This document shows, piece by piece, positions 49,001 to 59,824 of a stretch of 64,000 nt of DNA (position 1 is its first letter; every line of letters starts with the position of its first letter). The notes below the pieces were generated by a model. It was not told where the DNA came from and made no database searches. It saw only the letters and a list, made by a program, of their open reading frames with translations. A program made the translations under genes and the position numbers. This DNA comes from Vicugna vicugna (lineage: Eukaryota): positions 1,949,111-2,013,110 of the forward strand of contig MU058824.1 in the NCBI GenBank assembly GCA_013265495.1, read 5' to 3'.

Positions 49001-52000
49001 GGCTTCATTTTTCTCACTGTAAAGGAAAACTTTGCAGTATTAGATAACCTTCATAAGATGCTTTAAAAGCTTGTGGAATAAGGTACAACTAAATACAGAT
49101 GGCACTGAGTTTAACCACAGATTAGTTTGGGCTCTGGCTGCAAAATAAGATAGACAAATAAGTAAGTCAGTACAAAACTCGTCAAGCCACTCCCTGGCTT
49201 GTGCCTTTATGTGGCCTTGGTCAACTCGGCCTGTGTCTCACTGTTAGCTAACAATAAAGCAACAACAAATAACAACAATAAACACTAACAAAATACTCTG
49301 GGTGAGATGCTCTCCTAGGCACAGTAGACATTGTACTTCAAGAGAGGCAAGATGTACAGAGGGGTATTTTTTTTCTTTTAAAATATTGTTATCTTTTAGG
49401 GATAGCTAACGCAAAGGGGTGTTTCCATGGAGAAGAATGTCATTCTTCCATCATAGGTATAGTTTCAGGGCTTTGTCATTTTTCCCCCCTCTGGGGTCAG
49501 GGCTACTGATTTTCATTATTCATCGTTCCTTGCATTTGCTCACTCATTTGTTCATCAAATGTACACTCAGTAACCTGATCTGTAGCAGGCCCCTGCTTCA
49601 CATGAGGAGCTCACTGGTGGCGAGATGTACTCGGAAACAGTTATTCACAACACAGCTCAGCTCAAGTAAGCTAGCAAAAGCGTGTCCAAGAAAATTCCAA
49701 CTCTGTATGGGGAATCAGGGAAGACTTCCAGGAGGAAATGACAATGCAGCTGGTGTGGAAGGATAAGGAGGAGCTCCTTTGGTATATTCAGAGGGAAGAA
49801 GCATAGAGGACCTCTCAGGCAGAAAAGAACCGTGTGCATGAGAGAGCTTGGCAGGCTGGAGAACCACTGGGATTCAGCCTGGCTGGAGGTGGGGCAGGAG
49901 GGTATAAGGGAGGAGGGGCTGTTGGGAAATGCAGCTGGATCGGAAGGCCAGGGCTGGTTGATGAAAGATCTTATGTGCCTGGCCATGGAGTTTAGACTTT
50001 ATCCTATAAAGAGAACAGGGACCAGGGGAGTGTTTTGAACCAAAGAATGACCTGGTCAGATTAATGCTTTAGAAAGGTCACTTTGGTGACAGGTTGGAGG
50101 GTGGACTGGGCAGGCCAGGACTGGAGGCTGGAAGGGAAGTTGGGAGGAGACCCCAGTGTCCAGGAGATGGATGGTGGTGGGCTGGCCCAGCGAAGAGGCA
50201 GCAGGGATAGGGAGAAGCAGGCAGGTATGGGAGATGTGACAGGACTGGTGGTTAGAGGAAGCCAAGATGACAGCTGATGGGTGAGACATGGGTGGCTATG
50301 GGGCTATTCTCTGAGTCTGCAAAGGCAAGAAGTATTTATCCAATCATAAACACTTATCGAGAGCCTACTATGTGTCAGGCCCTGTGCTAGATGCTGGAGT
50401 TTGGGGTTACCAGGTGGTGGTATTTGTCCCTCATCCCCCTCTCAGTCCCACCCCACCCATCTGCCCTCTGGGCCACCCTCCTGCTGCCTGGAGCTGCTCC
50501 CTGCCCTCCCTGCTAGTGCTCTGACTCCCTGGCCAGTTCCACTGCAGGCCTCTGGGTGTGACCTTAGCCCTGTTTCCCCACAAATTACCTTCTTCCCACC
50601 CAAATGAGGATGGGCTTTAGACCTGCCACTTCCTAGGTGGGCGGGGCTTAAAGACCATCCCTCAGCTCCTCCCACGGGGGGGACTGCCAAGCCATCTTTC
50701 CTCTCTCCTGAGGCATCCATCCATCCACTCCATCTTGGGCAGCACTGCCCACCAGCCAGGGCCTGCTCGCCTAAGGCAATCTGCTGTCTCCTAAATCCTT
50801 GCCCAGACCACCCTCCAGAAAGTGCAGACAGGGCTCTTAGCTGCAGATAAGAGAATCCACTGTAACTGTTTTAAATGAGAAAGGAATTCATGAAACAGTA
50901 TTAGGCAGCTCACAGGCCTGCAGGAGGGTCAGAAAGTCGGGATGAAGACCAGGCAATAGGAGTGAAGTTGAGGCCACGGCATAGGCTTGCTCCAGTGCAG
51001 ACTCCACTGCATCTCCACTGGGCAGGACACCACAGCTCATACCACAGCCCCGTAACCTCCACCACTGCTGTCCCACACAGCTACGCGCCGCCATCGCTAC
51101 CCCGCCCTCACTTCCACATCCGCCTCTTAGAGTGGAGAAGCCTCGTCACAGGCCTACACCAGGGGTACACGGAGGGCTGGGACAGTTTTCTAGCTTCTAC
51201 CTAAAAGAGCTGCACTTAACACATCAAAGGTATTTAAAAGGTCTCTCAGTGCGGGGCTGACCAGAGTTCCCTGGGCTGTGCTCCCCGGCCTGGGCTGGCG
51301 CAGGTGTCGGGCCGGTGGGGGCCTCCGGCTGGCTGGGTTTGTTCCTGGCGTGGGAGGTTGGGGCGCGGCCCCGGGCTGCCCTGACCCCGCGTGCCCTCGC
51401 AGGAGTACACAGCTGCTGAGCAGCAGATCCAGCGGCAGATGAGCCTGGGCGAGCTATGCCAGCCCGTTCCCTTCTCCTTCGAGCCTGTCAAAATCTTCTT
51501 TAATGGCCTCGTGGAAGCCATGCAGAGCCTGCTACAGACGCCACTGGACGTCCGCCTTAAGGAAAGTAAGTCCCCATGTGACCACCCTTGGGTCCTTTAC
51601 TCCCCTAGTGCCCTTTAGACACAGATGGCTGTGAAGATCGCCACCCTACATCATGACTCTCCCGCACAGAGGCCCTAGGTAGGCTGGGCAGGCAGGGTTT
51701 CCTGGGCCTGGGCCCAACCCTCCCTTCTAGCTGCACCTCCTGCGCATCCCGAGACCATGTCCTGCCTGTCGCAGTCGCAGTGCTCTGCTCCTGCCCCTGA
51801 GCTGCTCCGGGGTTCTGCCACACTCACTCAGCTTTGTCTGCTCCAGGCTCCCAGCTGGAAGGGCTAACTCCTCCTTCTTCCTCCCGCTCTGTCAAGGACC
51901 GCAGCCTGCTCACCTGGGAGGCGTGTCTGTGCCACCTTGGGCTGGCTCCCTCTCCTGGCCATCTCCCCCTTCTTTCCCTTCCCCCTCCAAGGCCTGCTCC

Positions 52001-55000
52001 ATCTCCTGCCTGGGGGTGTTTGTGAGCCAGATACACAGACCCCCTCCCTGCCTCTTGTAAATGCCCAGAGGGCAAGAACCACTTTAGGTCCAGCTCCGAA
52101 GTCACTGCAGGGCCTGATACAAAGCAGGTGCTCAGAAATATCCATTCATTCATTCATTTATCTCTGCTATTAGGCTTCATTCAGAACATTTATTGAGCCC
52201 TTACTATGCGCCAGGCACAATAGGGTACAAAACAAAGCTCCTGCCTTTGTGGTGCTCAGTCTTTTAAGGCGAAGACAGACAACAAATCGAATCTATGTCA
52301 GCGATTAGAAGTGCTCTGAAAAAAATAATACAACCGAGTAAGGAGAATAGAGGGTGACCAGGAGAAAGAGCTATTTTATATGGGGAAATGAGGAAGGCCT
52401 CTCTGAGAAGGGGATGTGTGAGCTGACCTGAAGGAAAGGCTGGAGAGCACTGTGTCACATGCATGGACTCTAGAGCCAGACTGCCCGGGTTCCTAACCCA
52501 GGCCCACCACTTCCTAACCCTGCCCCTTAAGGCAGGGCACCCAACTTATCCATGCCTCTGTTTCCACATCCATAAAGTGGAGATGATAATAGAGTCCCCT
52601 CTATTTATAGAGTTGTTGCAAGCATTAAATGAGTTCTTATATGTAAAGTGCTCAGAATGGTGGTCAGGAATAGTAAGCATCCTGTGAGCATTAGCTATTA
52701 TTGTTGCTGCTGCTGTTACACCTGGGGGAGACGTCTTATAAGCAGCAGGAAAAGCAAGTGCAAAGGTCCTGAGGCACAAGGTAAGAGTTTGGCATCTTGA
52801 AGGAACAGCAAAGCAGAGAGGCAGTTAACAGGAGTAGATGTTGGTCCAGGGAGAGAAAAAGAGAGATACCAAGGAGACTCCAGAGATTTTGGCCTGAGCA
52901 AGTAGAAGGAAGTTGTTATATTCTGAGATGGGATAAAGCATTTAGAACTTGAGGGAATGGCCCTCTTGGCTTTCTGAACGGTACCATGGTGGTATGCAAG
53001 AACAAATGCCTGAATAAAGCTGGCAAAAGAGGGGCAAAGAAAAAAGTAGTTGATCTTTTTTCTAAAAAACGTTGGTAGGATGTGAATGCACCAGCTACAT
53101 TCAATATAAGAAATATTGGAAAACCCCTAGTCAGGAGAACTTGAGGAACCAAAATTGTGTCTGATGGCCTCAAGGGTCATCTTGTGGACATGAGCCTTGC
53201 TGATGTGCAGAATCATGATGCTGCATTTAGAAAATTAAAGCTAATTACTGAAGATGTTCAGGGCAAAAACAGCCTACCTTTCTTGGCACAGATCTTATCC
53301 ATGACAATATGTGCTCCATGGTCAAAAAACCGCAGACCACGATTGAAGCTCATGTTGGTATCAAGATTACTGACGTTTACTTCTCATGTTGTGTTGGTTT
53401 TGCTAAAAAAACCACAACAGTCAGATTAAGAAAGACCTTTTACCCTCAGCACCAGCAGGTCTGCCAAGTACGGATGATGAAATAATGACCCAAGAGGTGC
53501 AGGAAAATGATTTGAAAGAAGAGGTCAATGAATTTCTTCCAAACAGCATCAGAGAAGACATAGAAAAGGCTTGCCTTATTCACTCTGTGATGTCTGTGTT
53601 AAAAAGTGAAAATGCTGACTGACATGAAAATGCTTTCCTGAGTTTGAGTTGAGAAAACTATGGAGTTTGGTGGAGAAGGCAGCAGTTGTGGAAAAAGCTA
53701 CTAGGGACAAGACATCTGTTAAAGTTGAAAAAGCTGATGGATATGAGCCACCAGTCCAAGAATCTGTTTAAAATTTGGGCTTTGAATACAACGTAGTCTT
53801 TAAAAAAAAAAAAACTGGAGGGAATGGTAAGTGTTTGGACCTCATAAGTATGGAATTTGACCTCCGATGTGATGATCTCAAATAGGCGGTTGGACCTGTG
53901 ATTCTAGAGTCCTGGGGATGGAGACAGGTCTCCCACGTATCACCCAAGGGTGGGCCCTGCGATGAGGGCTGTGAGAGCAACAGGGGCGGAGGGGCTGCTC
54001 CTGCCCCGATGAGGTGCTCAGGGAGCGTGGCAGGAGGTGAGGTGAGAAGTTGGAAATCACCTTGTCAAGGTCTGAAGATCAGAAGAAAAGAAGGGACGGG
54101 AGGAAGTGAGGCAGAAACGCCCCAGCACCCACTGAGCCCCCTCTAGGGTGTGGAGGGAGGCCAGGCCGGGCCCTAGCTGCAGAGCTGGAGGCTTCATTGA
54201 GCCTGCAGTGTCTGGGGACATGTCTCCTTGGGTCCCTCCTGGGGGTCAGCCCTGCTCAGTATTGCCTGTGATAGTGAGAGAGACTACCTCATCAGAGTGG
54301 GTGAGCGGTGATGGCCTGGGAAGAAGCAGAGTCGAGGGGGTCGGATACAGATCCTGGGACCTATTTGAATTCTGCCCAGGGGCCAAAGGAGCGCAGAGGA
54401 AGGAGAGAGTGATTCTGACAGGAAACTGGGAAGCCTTCTTGAAAGGAGCTGGTATTGAGCTGGGCCTTACTGAATCACTAAGATTTCCAGAGTGGGAGAG
54501 AACGGGGAAGGCATTTCAAACTGAGACAAGAAAACACTAAAGCGTGTTTTCGACACTGTGACTCATTGCAGCGGGGCCGAGCAGTGATTTGTGTGAGCCG
54601 GTTTGTCAAACCAGATTTTTAATCTATGGGTGGTGTTCTCTTTGCTCATAACTTCCACTGGAATTTTGGATACATAGTCCAACTATTATTTTAAAAGAAA
54701 ATCACACATCAGAATTATAGCAGTGAGTATATCTCAATTTTTATAAAAGAGAATAGTCAAACATGAAAAAAGAAATCTTAGCAATTGGCTGCAGGAAGCA
54801 CCACCCCTGGCGTAAAGCTACTCAGGCCGAGCCAAACTGCAGTTCACTCACACTTACATTCTCAAAGTCCATTCCCAAAGAGCTGGTGGTTCCTGTCGAG
54901 TCCATGATAACTGCTAACACTCTGTGCTAGGCATTGTTCTGAGCACTTTACACGGATTCATCCAGCAACTCCTCACCACTACCCCATAAAGATGTCTTCG

Positions 55001-58000
55001 TTATCCCCCATTTTACAGATAAGGAACTGAGGCTCAGGTTAACTGACTTGCCCTTTGTCACACGGCTGGTAGGGGTAGAGGCCGAATTCAAACAGACTCT
55101 GGTCCCAGGGTCTGCGTTCTGACCCCCTGGACTCTGCTTCCTCCCAGGCCATCCATCACCCTTCACCCACCTCCAGGTAAGGCCATCATTCTCACTGTCA
55201 CAGGGAATACTGAGAGGTGCTGACTCCCACGAAGGACCCAAGGAGATGGGCGTCTTGCAGCACCTCTGCCCTTCCGGTGTCCTGCCCCACCTCCCCACCT
55301 CCCCACCTCCCCACCTGTGAGTTCCACAGACATTGCAGGCTCAGGCTGGAATGGAATTTAACATCTTCCACCTCAAACCCCCAATTTGCTGTTTCCTGAC
55401 TCCAGTCTGCTCTTTATCCCCACTCCTCGTACAGTTAAGTCCTGGTTCTTCTGCCACTGCAGTATATCCTGAACCCACCTTTTCCATCCCTGCTGCTCCA
55501 GTTCTGGTCTGTGCCTTCACTCTCACCCTTCTCCATCCCTTACCCACCAGAGAGAGCTTTGGAAATTCTTCTGCTCATGTCTACCCTCCCTCAGACACCT
55601 TCTATGGCTCCCCACTGTTTACATTGCCACTCCTAGCACCTACCCTTAATGTCTTTGCTCCTGCTGTATCCTCTTGTTGGGAAAGCTTCCTATCCTTTTT
55701 CTGGGTGTCCAAATCTTCCCCATCCTTTAAGGGCCAGCTGAGCTGCTTGCTTGATTCTCCATGAAGCCTTCCCTGACCCCTCCAAGCCCTGGAGCCTTTC
55801 ACTTCTCTTCTGGACCTGGAGTACTCTCTACCTTGGGTAGTATAGCTCAAGCAAGCCCATTTCTCACCTCATTTACCTGACTGAGCTGTTGAAGACAGGG
55901 ACCATGGCTTGGGTTTCCCCTGAACTCCCGTTTAACCTGAATGAGGCCTTTTTGAGGGCTCAGCTTTCATTTCCTGTTTTCCATATTTATTCTGGAATTT
56001 GCATGTCTGCCGTGAGATTGCCTCCTTCCTTGACTATAAAATACATAGTTGATTCTCAGGATGGTCCTGGAGCCTCCTGGTGTCCAAGGCTTGCTCACGC
56101 TGGCCTGCCATTGCTGAAGGTGCTTCCTGTCCTAGAAGGTTGTTTCTCCATAGATCTCAGCCTTGTCCTTGAGTTTTCTTGTTATTGTGAATTTGCATTT
56201 CCTGCTTAAATTTGCATGTGATTCTTGAGGAGAGATTATGCGAATTTCCATTTTTGTAATATTTTTAGTATGTTTTGTAATTTGTGCTGCTGGCATGAAC
56301 ACCAGGCACTTATTTCTCACAATTCATTACAGACATGAACTGCCAGCTCTCAGGCTCCTTCAGCGCCAAGCCAGGTTCCTTGCTGAAAACAAGTCCTTCA
56401 CCAGAACGATCACTCTTCTTAAAATGTAAGACCCCAGGAGTGGGGAAAGGGTGAAGAGGGTGGGGTACACAGTGGGAGGGAGGGTCACTGAGGTGGAGGC
56501 CCCTCTTTTTCTCCGAGACTCAACTTTGTTTTTTTTTTAACCCTTATTATCAGTTTTTTAAAAATACAGAAATAATACATGTTGACTGTAGAAAAATTGG
56601 AAAACAAAGAAAAGCAAAAATTTTAAAAAGACAATCACTGGAGGGCTTTGGAAATTCTTCTGCTCCTGTCTACCCAAGCAGAGTAGAGAATTATTGTTAC
56701 ATGCCCTTTTAGCTTTTTTTTAGCACAGCTATATATATCATACTTGATATATCAAATATATGTATGATGTATGATATATATGATAAATATTTAATATATC
56801 TTTTTTTTTAACAAACATGGTGTCATACTATACATACTGTTCTGTAATCTGTTTTCATATACTGATATATTATGAACATCTTTTTTCCCTTAAAAAATTG
56901 TAGAGGTAGTGCATGCTTCTTGTAGATAATTAGAAATTAAATATATGGAAACAGTTGCCTCCCCCAGAGATAAATGATGTTCACATTTCGGCATATATTC
57001 CTTCAGGCATTTTAAAAGCATATATGTGCACAGAGTTTTAAAAATGGAGTCATATTATAGATATTCTTTGTAACTAAAAAAAATTTAATAGTATAGCTTG
57101 AATAATTTTATATTTCAATAAATACAAATAGTATTGTTATTTTTGAAGGATACATGGTATTCCATTGAATATGCCATATTTAAATCAATCTCATATATTG
57201 TTGGACATTTAGGCTGCTTTACATTTCTATAAACAATGCTGCAGTAAACATCCATTCTTGTACCTATTTGTTGAATTAATGAATAAGTGACTGAATACAT
57301 CTTAGCTCATTTTGGATTTTTTTTTTAGGAGTAATTTCTCAAAGTGGAATTAATTACTGGGCATGCATTTTTAAACTAATCTTTAATAGAAATATAAAAC
57401 ACAAAGAAAAGCACATGAATTAAAGGGGTGCAACTCAGTGATTTTTTATTTTTATTTTTTTAATTTCAGAGATTTTTTAGTTGATGTATAGTCAGTTTAC
57501 AATGTGTCAATTTCTAGTGTACAGCATAATGTTTCAGTCATACATATACATACATATATTCCTTTTCATATTCTTTTTCATTTTCATTATTGGTTACTAC
57601 AGGATATTGAATACAGTTCCCTGTGCTGTATACAGTATAAACTTGTTTATCTCAGTGATTCTTTAAACACATTCTGTAATTTCCTTCAGACCATGAAATG
57701 GAATTTTCCAGCTCCCCAGAACCCCTCCTTGTGCCGGTTCCTGCCCTCTATCCCCTAAGGGTCACCACTCTCCTGACTACTAACACAATAGATAACTCTT
57801 GCCTGTTTTTGACTTTTATACAATTAATCATTCAGCCTATACTCTTTTGTGTCTTGCTTCTATCACTCAACATTTGAAAAATTTATTTATATGATTGTAC
57901 ATAGCAGTAGTTTGTTGATTTTCACTGTGGTTCAGTGTTCCATTGTATGAACACAGCACACTTAATATTACTGATGGACATTCTGGATTTTCAGCGTTTG

Positions 58001-59824
58001 CCTGTCATGAACAATGTTGCTATGAATATTCTGGTGCATGTCTTTTGATGCATGTATGTGTGCATGTCTATTGGATATTTACTCAGGAGTGGGAAAAAAG
58101 GATGCCCAGTATAACCACATCTATGCAACACTGTTCTTAGTGCCTTAAGGCAAGAAAAAGAAAGCTATAAGGATGGGAAAAGAGAAAAAAAAAGATCGTT
58201 ATTCATAGATGATATGATTATTTACAAAGAATTCGAAATAATCTATAGATAAATTAGTTACCAAGTGAATTTAGAACAGCTGCTAGATGTAATGTCAGCA
58301 TACAAAAATAACTATTTCTATGTATTGGCAATATACAATTAGAAAATGAAAATTTAAAAACATTATTTTCAGTAATACTTTTTAAAAACTAGGGATAAAT
58401 CTAAGAAAAGATGTACAAAACCTCTCTACAGAAAATTGTAAAATATTACCAAGGAGACAATCTGGCAGTATCTCCTAATACTGAACTAACATGCCCTAAG
58501 ACCTAGACTTCTCTTTAATTTCATGTCTACATATGTGTATAATGCAACAAAAATTGTTACGGTGAGTTTAAATCACTGCCACCTTTCTGGAGGACAATTT
58601 GGCAACATTTACCCAAGGCCTTAAAAACACAATCATCCATGTTGACCCAGCAATTCTTCGTTTAGGATTATATCCTAAATAAATAATCAGATACATAAAG
58701 ATGTATATTAGTGTTTTTGAAAGGTTTTTAAAAAGCCTAAATTTAAAAAAAAAGGCAAAGGGGATAGGTTAAATTATACTTCATCTATACATCAAAATCT
58801 TAAGGTTGCCATTAAAAAGCTCTTGTGAAAGACTGACATGATGTAGTAAAATGTTCATAAATACATCAATAAATTTTAAAAAGCACATTACCCAAGAGCC
58901 TGTATGGTATGATACCAATGTTAAGAAGAACTATAAAGCAGCAAGTAAAGGAAAATGAATTAGCAGGATATATACCCAAGTATTGTGATAGAAATACTAT
59001 TTAAATTCTTTGAAACTGACAACAAATCCCACGGTAGAAAATTCAACTGGTACAATGAGTGAGCAGTGAAATGTTCTCTCCTTCCCCCGTCCCCCAGCCA
59101 CCTCCCCAGAGGAAATCAGGGTTAGAAGGGTGGCTTTCCACTTCCCCACTGGTGACTGGTTTTTTCGTTTTCTACCGTGAACGTGTGCCGGGGCGCGGCC
59201 CCCAGCCGGGTCAGTTTCCCGGGGGCGGGGCGGGGCGGGGCGTTGGCCCCACCCGTCAGGCGCGGCCCGGTGTCCCCACCCTCCGCAGACGCACGCACGC
59301 CCACGCTGGAGCCGGACACGATGCACGCGCGCCTGCGCCTCTCGGCCGACCGTCTGATGGTACGCTGTGGCCTCTTCGCCCGCCTAGGGCCAGCGCCCAC
59401 GGTGCGTTTCGACTCGCTATGGCAAGTACTGGGTCGAGACTGCTTCGCCGCAGGCCGCCACTACTGGGAAGTGGACTTGCAGGAGGCGGGCATCGGCTGG
59501 TGGGTGGGCGCGGCCTACGGCTCCCTGCGGCGCCACGGGGCCACGGCCGCCTCCCGCCTGGGCTGCAACCGCCAGTCCTGGTGCCTCAAACGCTATGACC
59601 TCGAGTACTGGGCCTTCCACGACGGCCAGCGCAGCCGCCTGCGGCCCCGTGATGACCCTGACAGGCTTGGCGTCTTCCTGGATTACGAGGCCGGTGTCCT
59701 AGCCTTCTATGACGTGACAGGCGGCATGAGCCACCTGTACACTTTCCGTGCCGCCTTCCAGGAGCCGCTCTACCCGGCCCTGCGGCTCTGGGAAGGAGCC
59801 ATCAGCATGATCCGACTGCCCTAG
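33838..59824 (+). CDS. TRIM14: Tripartite motif-containing protein 14, spliced CDS join(33838..34053,36640..36735,47886..48119,51403..51565,56333..56425,59289..59824), 445 aa
   Basis: B-box2 ([35 protein letters not shown]), coiled coil and PRYSPRY (GRHYWEVD...[10 protein letters not shown]...LYPALRLW), with no RING. Phases match; 1338 nt = 445 aa + TAG. Lying next to CORO2A fits known mammalian synteny. Confidence 0.96.
36640..36735 (+). CDS. TRIM14: TRIM14 exon 2 ([32 protein letters not shown])
   Basis: atacag|AAA ... AAG|gcaagt (GC donor); 96 nt, the size typical of TRIM coiled-coil exons; missed by the ORF track. Confidence 0.92.
39177..39299 (+). mobile_element. tRNA-derived SINE (same family), with an internal deletion in the A box
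   Basis: GGGAGGATATAGCTCA..GAGGTCCTGGGTTCAATCCC..AATAAATAAATAAACCTAATTACCTCC; TSD GACAGTATAGCAGA(G/A)TG at 39160-39176 and 39300-39316. Confidence 0.85.
41746..41769. repeat. (TG)n microsatellite
   Basis: About 12 TG units. Confidence 0.95.
42946..44501 (-). mobile_element. L1 3'-transduced flanking DNA (includes an older L1 ORF2 fragment at ~43800-44360)
   Basis: Lies between the L1 poly(A) and a second poly(A) (T-tract to 42954) with minus-strand AATAAA at 42972-42977; enclosed by TSD AACTCTCAGCATATT at 42931-42945 and 46834-46848. Confidence 0.85.
44502..46832 (-). mobile_element. Young 5'-truncated LINE-1: uninterrupted ORF2 RT and C-terminal part, 3' UTR, poly(A)
   Basis: Minus-strand frame open from 46832 ([13 protein letters not shown]) to the stop at 44829, with RT motifs QGCPLSP and YADD and the C-terminal CWRGCGE..H.WWEC knuckle; T-tract at 44502-44514. 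Confidence 0.96.
47886..48119 (+). CDS. TRIM14: TRIM14 exon 3 ([25 protein letters not shown]...PNPIQLLQ)
   Basis: ttttag|GCT ... CAG|gtaatg, 234 nt. Confidence 0.95.
49520..50310 (-). mobile_element. L2 fragment
   Basis: Purine-rich L2 motifs (ggagtttagactttatcct, gacctggtcagatt, ttagaaaggtcactttgg). Confidence 0.65.
51403..51565 (+). CDS. TRIM14: TRIM14 exon 4 ([19 protein letters not shown]...PLDVRLKE)
   Basis: tcgcag|GAG ... GAAA|gtaagt, 163 nt. Confidence 0.94.
52140..54070 (-). mobile_element. L2 fragment interrupted by a MIR and by the RPS3A retrocopy
   Basis: cattcattcatt 3' microsatellite and tttattgagccc..ctatgcgccaggcac; L2-like sequence resumes after the pseudogene TSD. Confidence 0.6.
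52961..53814 (+). pseudogene. RPS3A: RPS3A (40S ribosomal protein S3a/eS1) processed pseudogene
   Basis: Intronless copy with a pyrimidine-rich 5' UTR, ATG at 52986 ([28 protein letters not shown]), [21 protein letters not shown] and ...[12 protein letters not shown] (TAA 53769-53771). It has internal stops and frameshifts, poly(A) at 53802-53814, and TSDs at 52944-52960 and 53811-53827. Confidence 0.95.
54910..55110 (-). mobile_element. MIR SINE
   Basis: atcccccattttacagataaggaactgaggctcag. Further MIR-like cores at ~19600, 22900, 28420, 29430, 35750, 48420 and 61930. Confidence 0.75.
56333..56425 (+). CDS. TRIM14: TRIM14 exon 5 ([31 protein letters not shown])
   Basis: ttacag|AC ... AAAT|gtaaga, 93 nt, symmetric phase 1-1. 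Confidence 0.93.
56540..58990. mobile_element. Cluster of ancient L1M fragments in both orientations
   Basis: AT-rich, with recognisable decayed L1 3' and ORF2 motifs. Confidence 0.6.
57444..57650 (-). mobile_element. Short lineage-specific L1 3' UTR insertion nested in an older L1
   Basis: Same 3' UTR family as 11765-12032; TSD CTCAGTGATT at 57434-57443 and 57651-57660. Confidence 0.8.
59170..59800. promoter_or_regulatory. Intragenic CpG island over the TRIM14 intron 5 / exon 6 boundary
   Basis: CpG-dense and GC-rich; tandem GGGGCGGGG boxes at 59221-59240. Confidence 0.7.
59289..59824 (+). CDS. TRIM14: TRIM14 exon 6 coding part (PRYSPRY/B30.2)
   Basis: ccgcag|[20 protein letters not shown]...ISMIRLP*; 536 nt. 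Confidence 0.96.
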
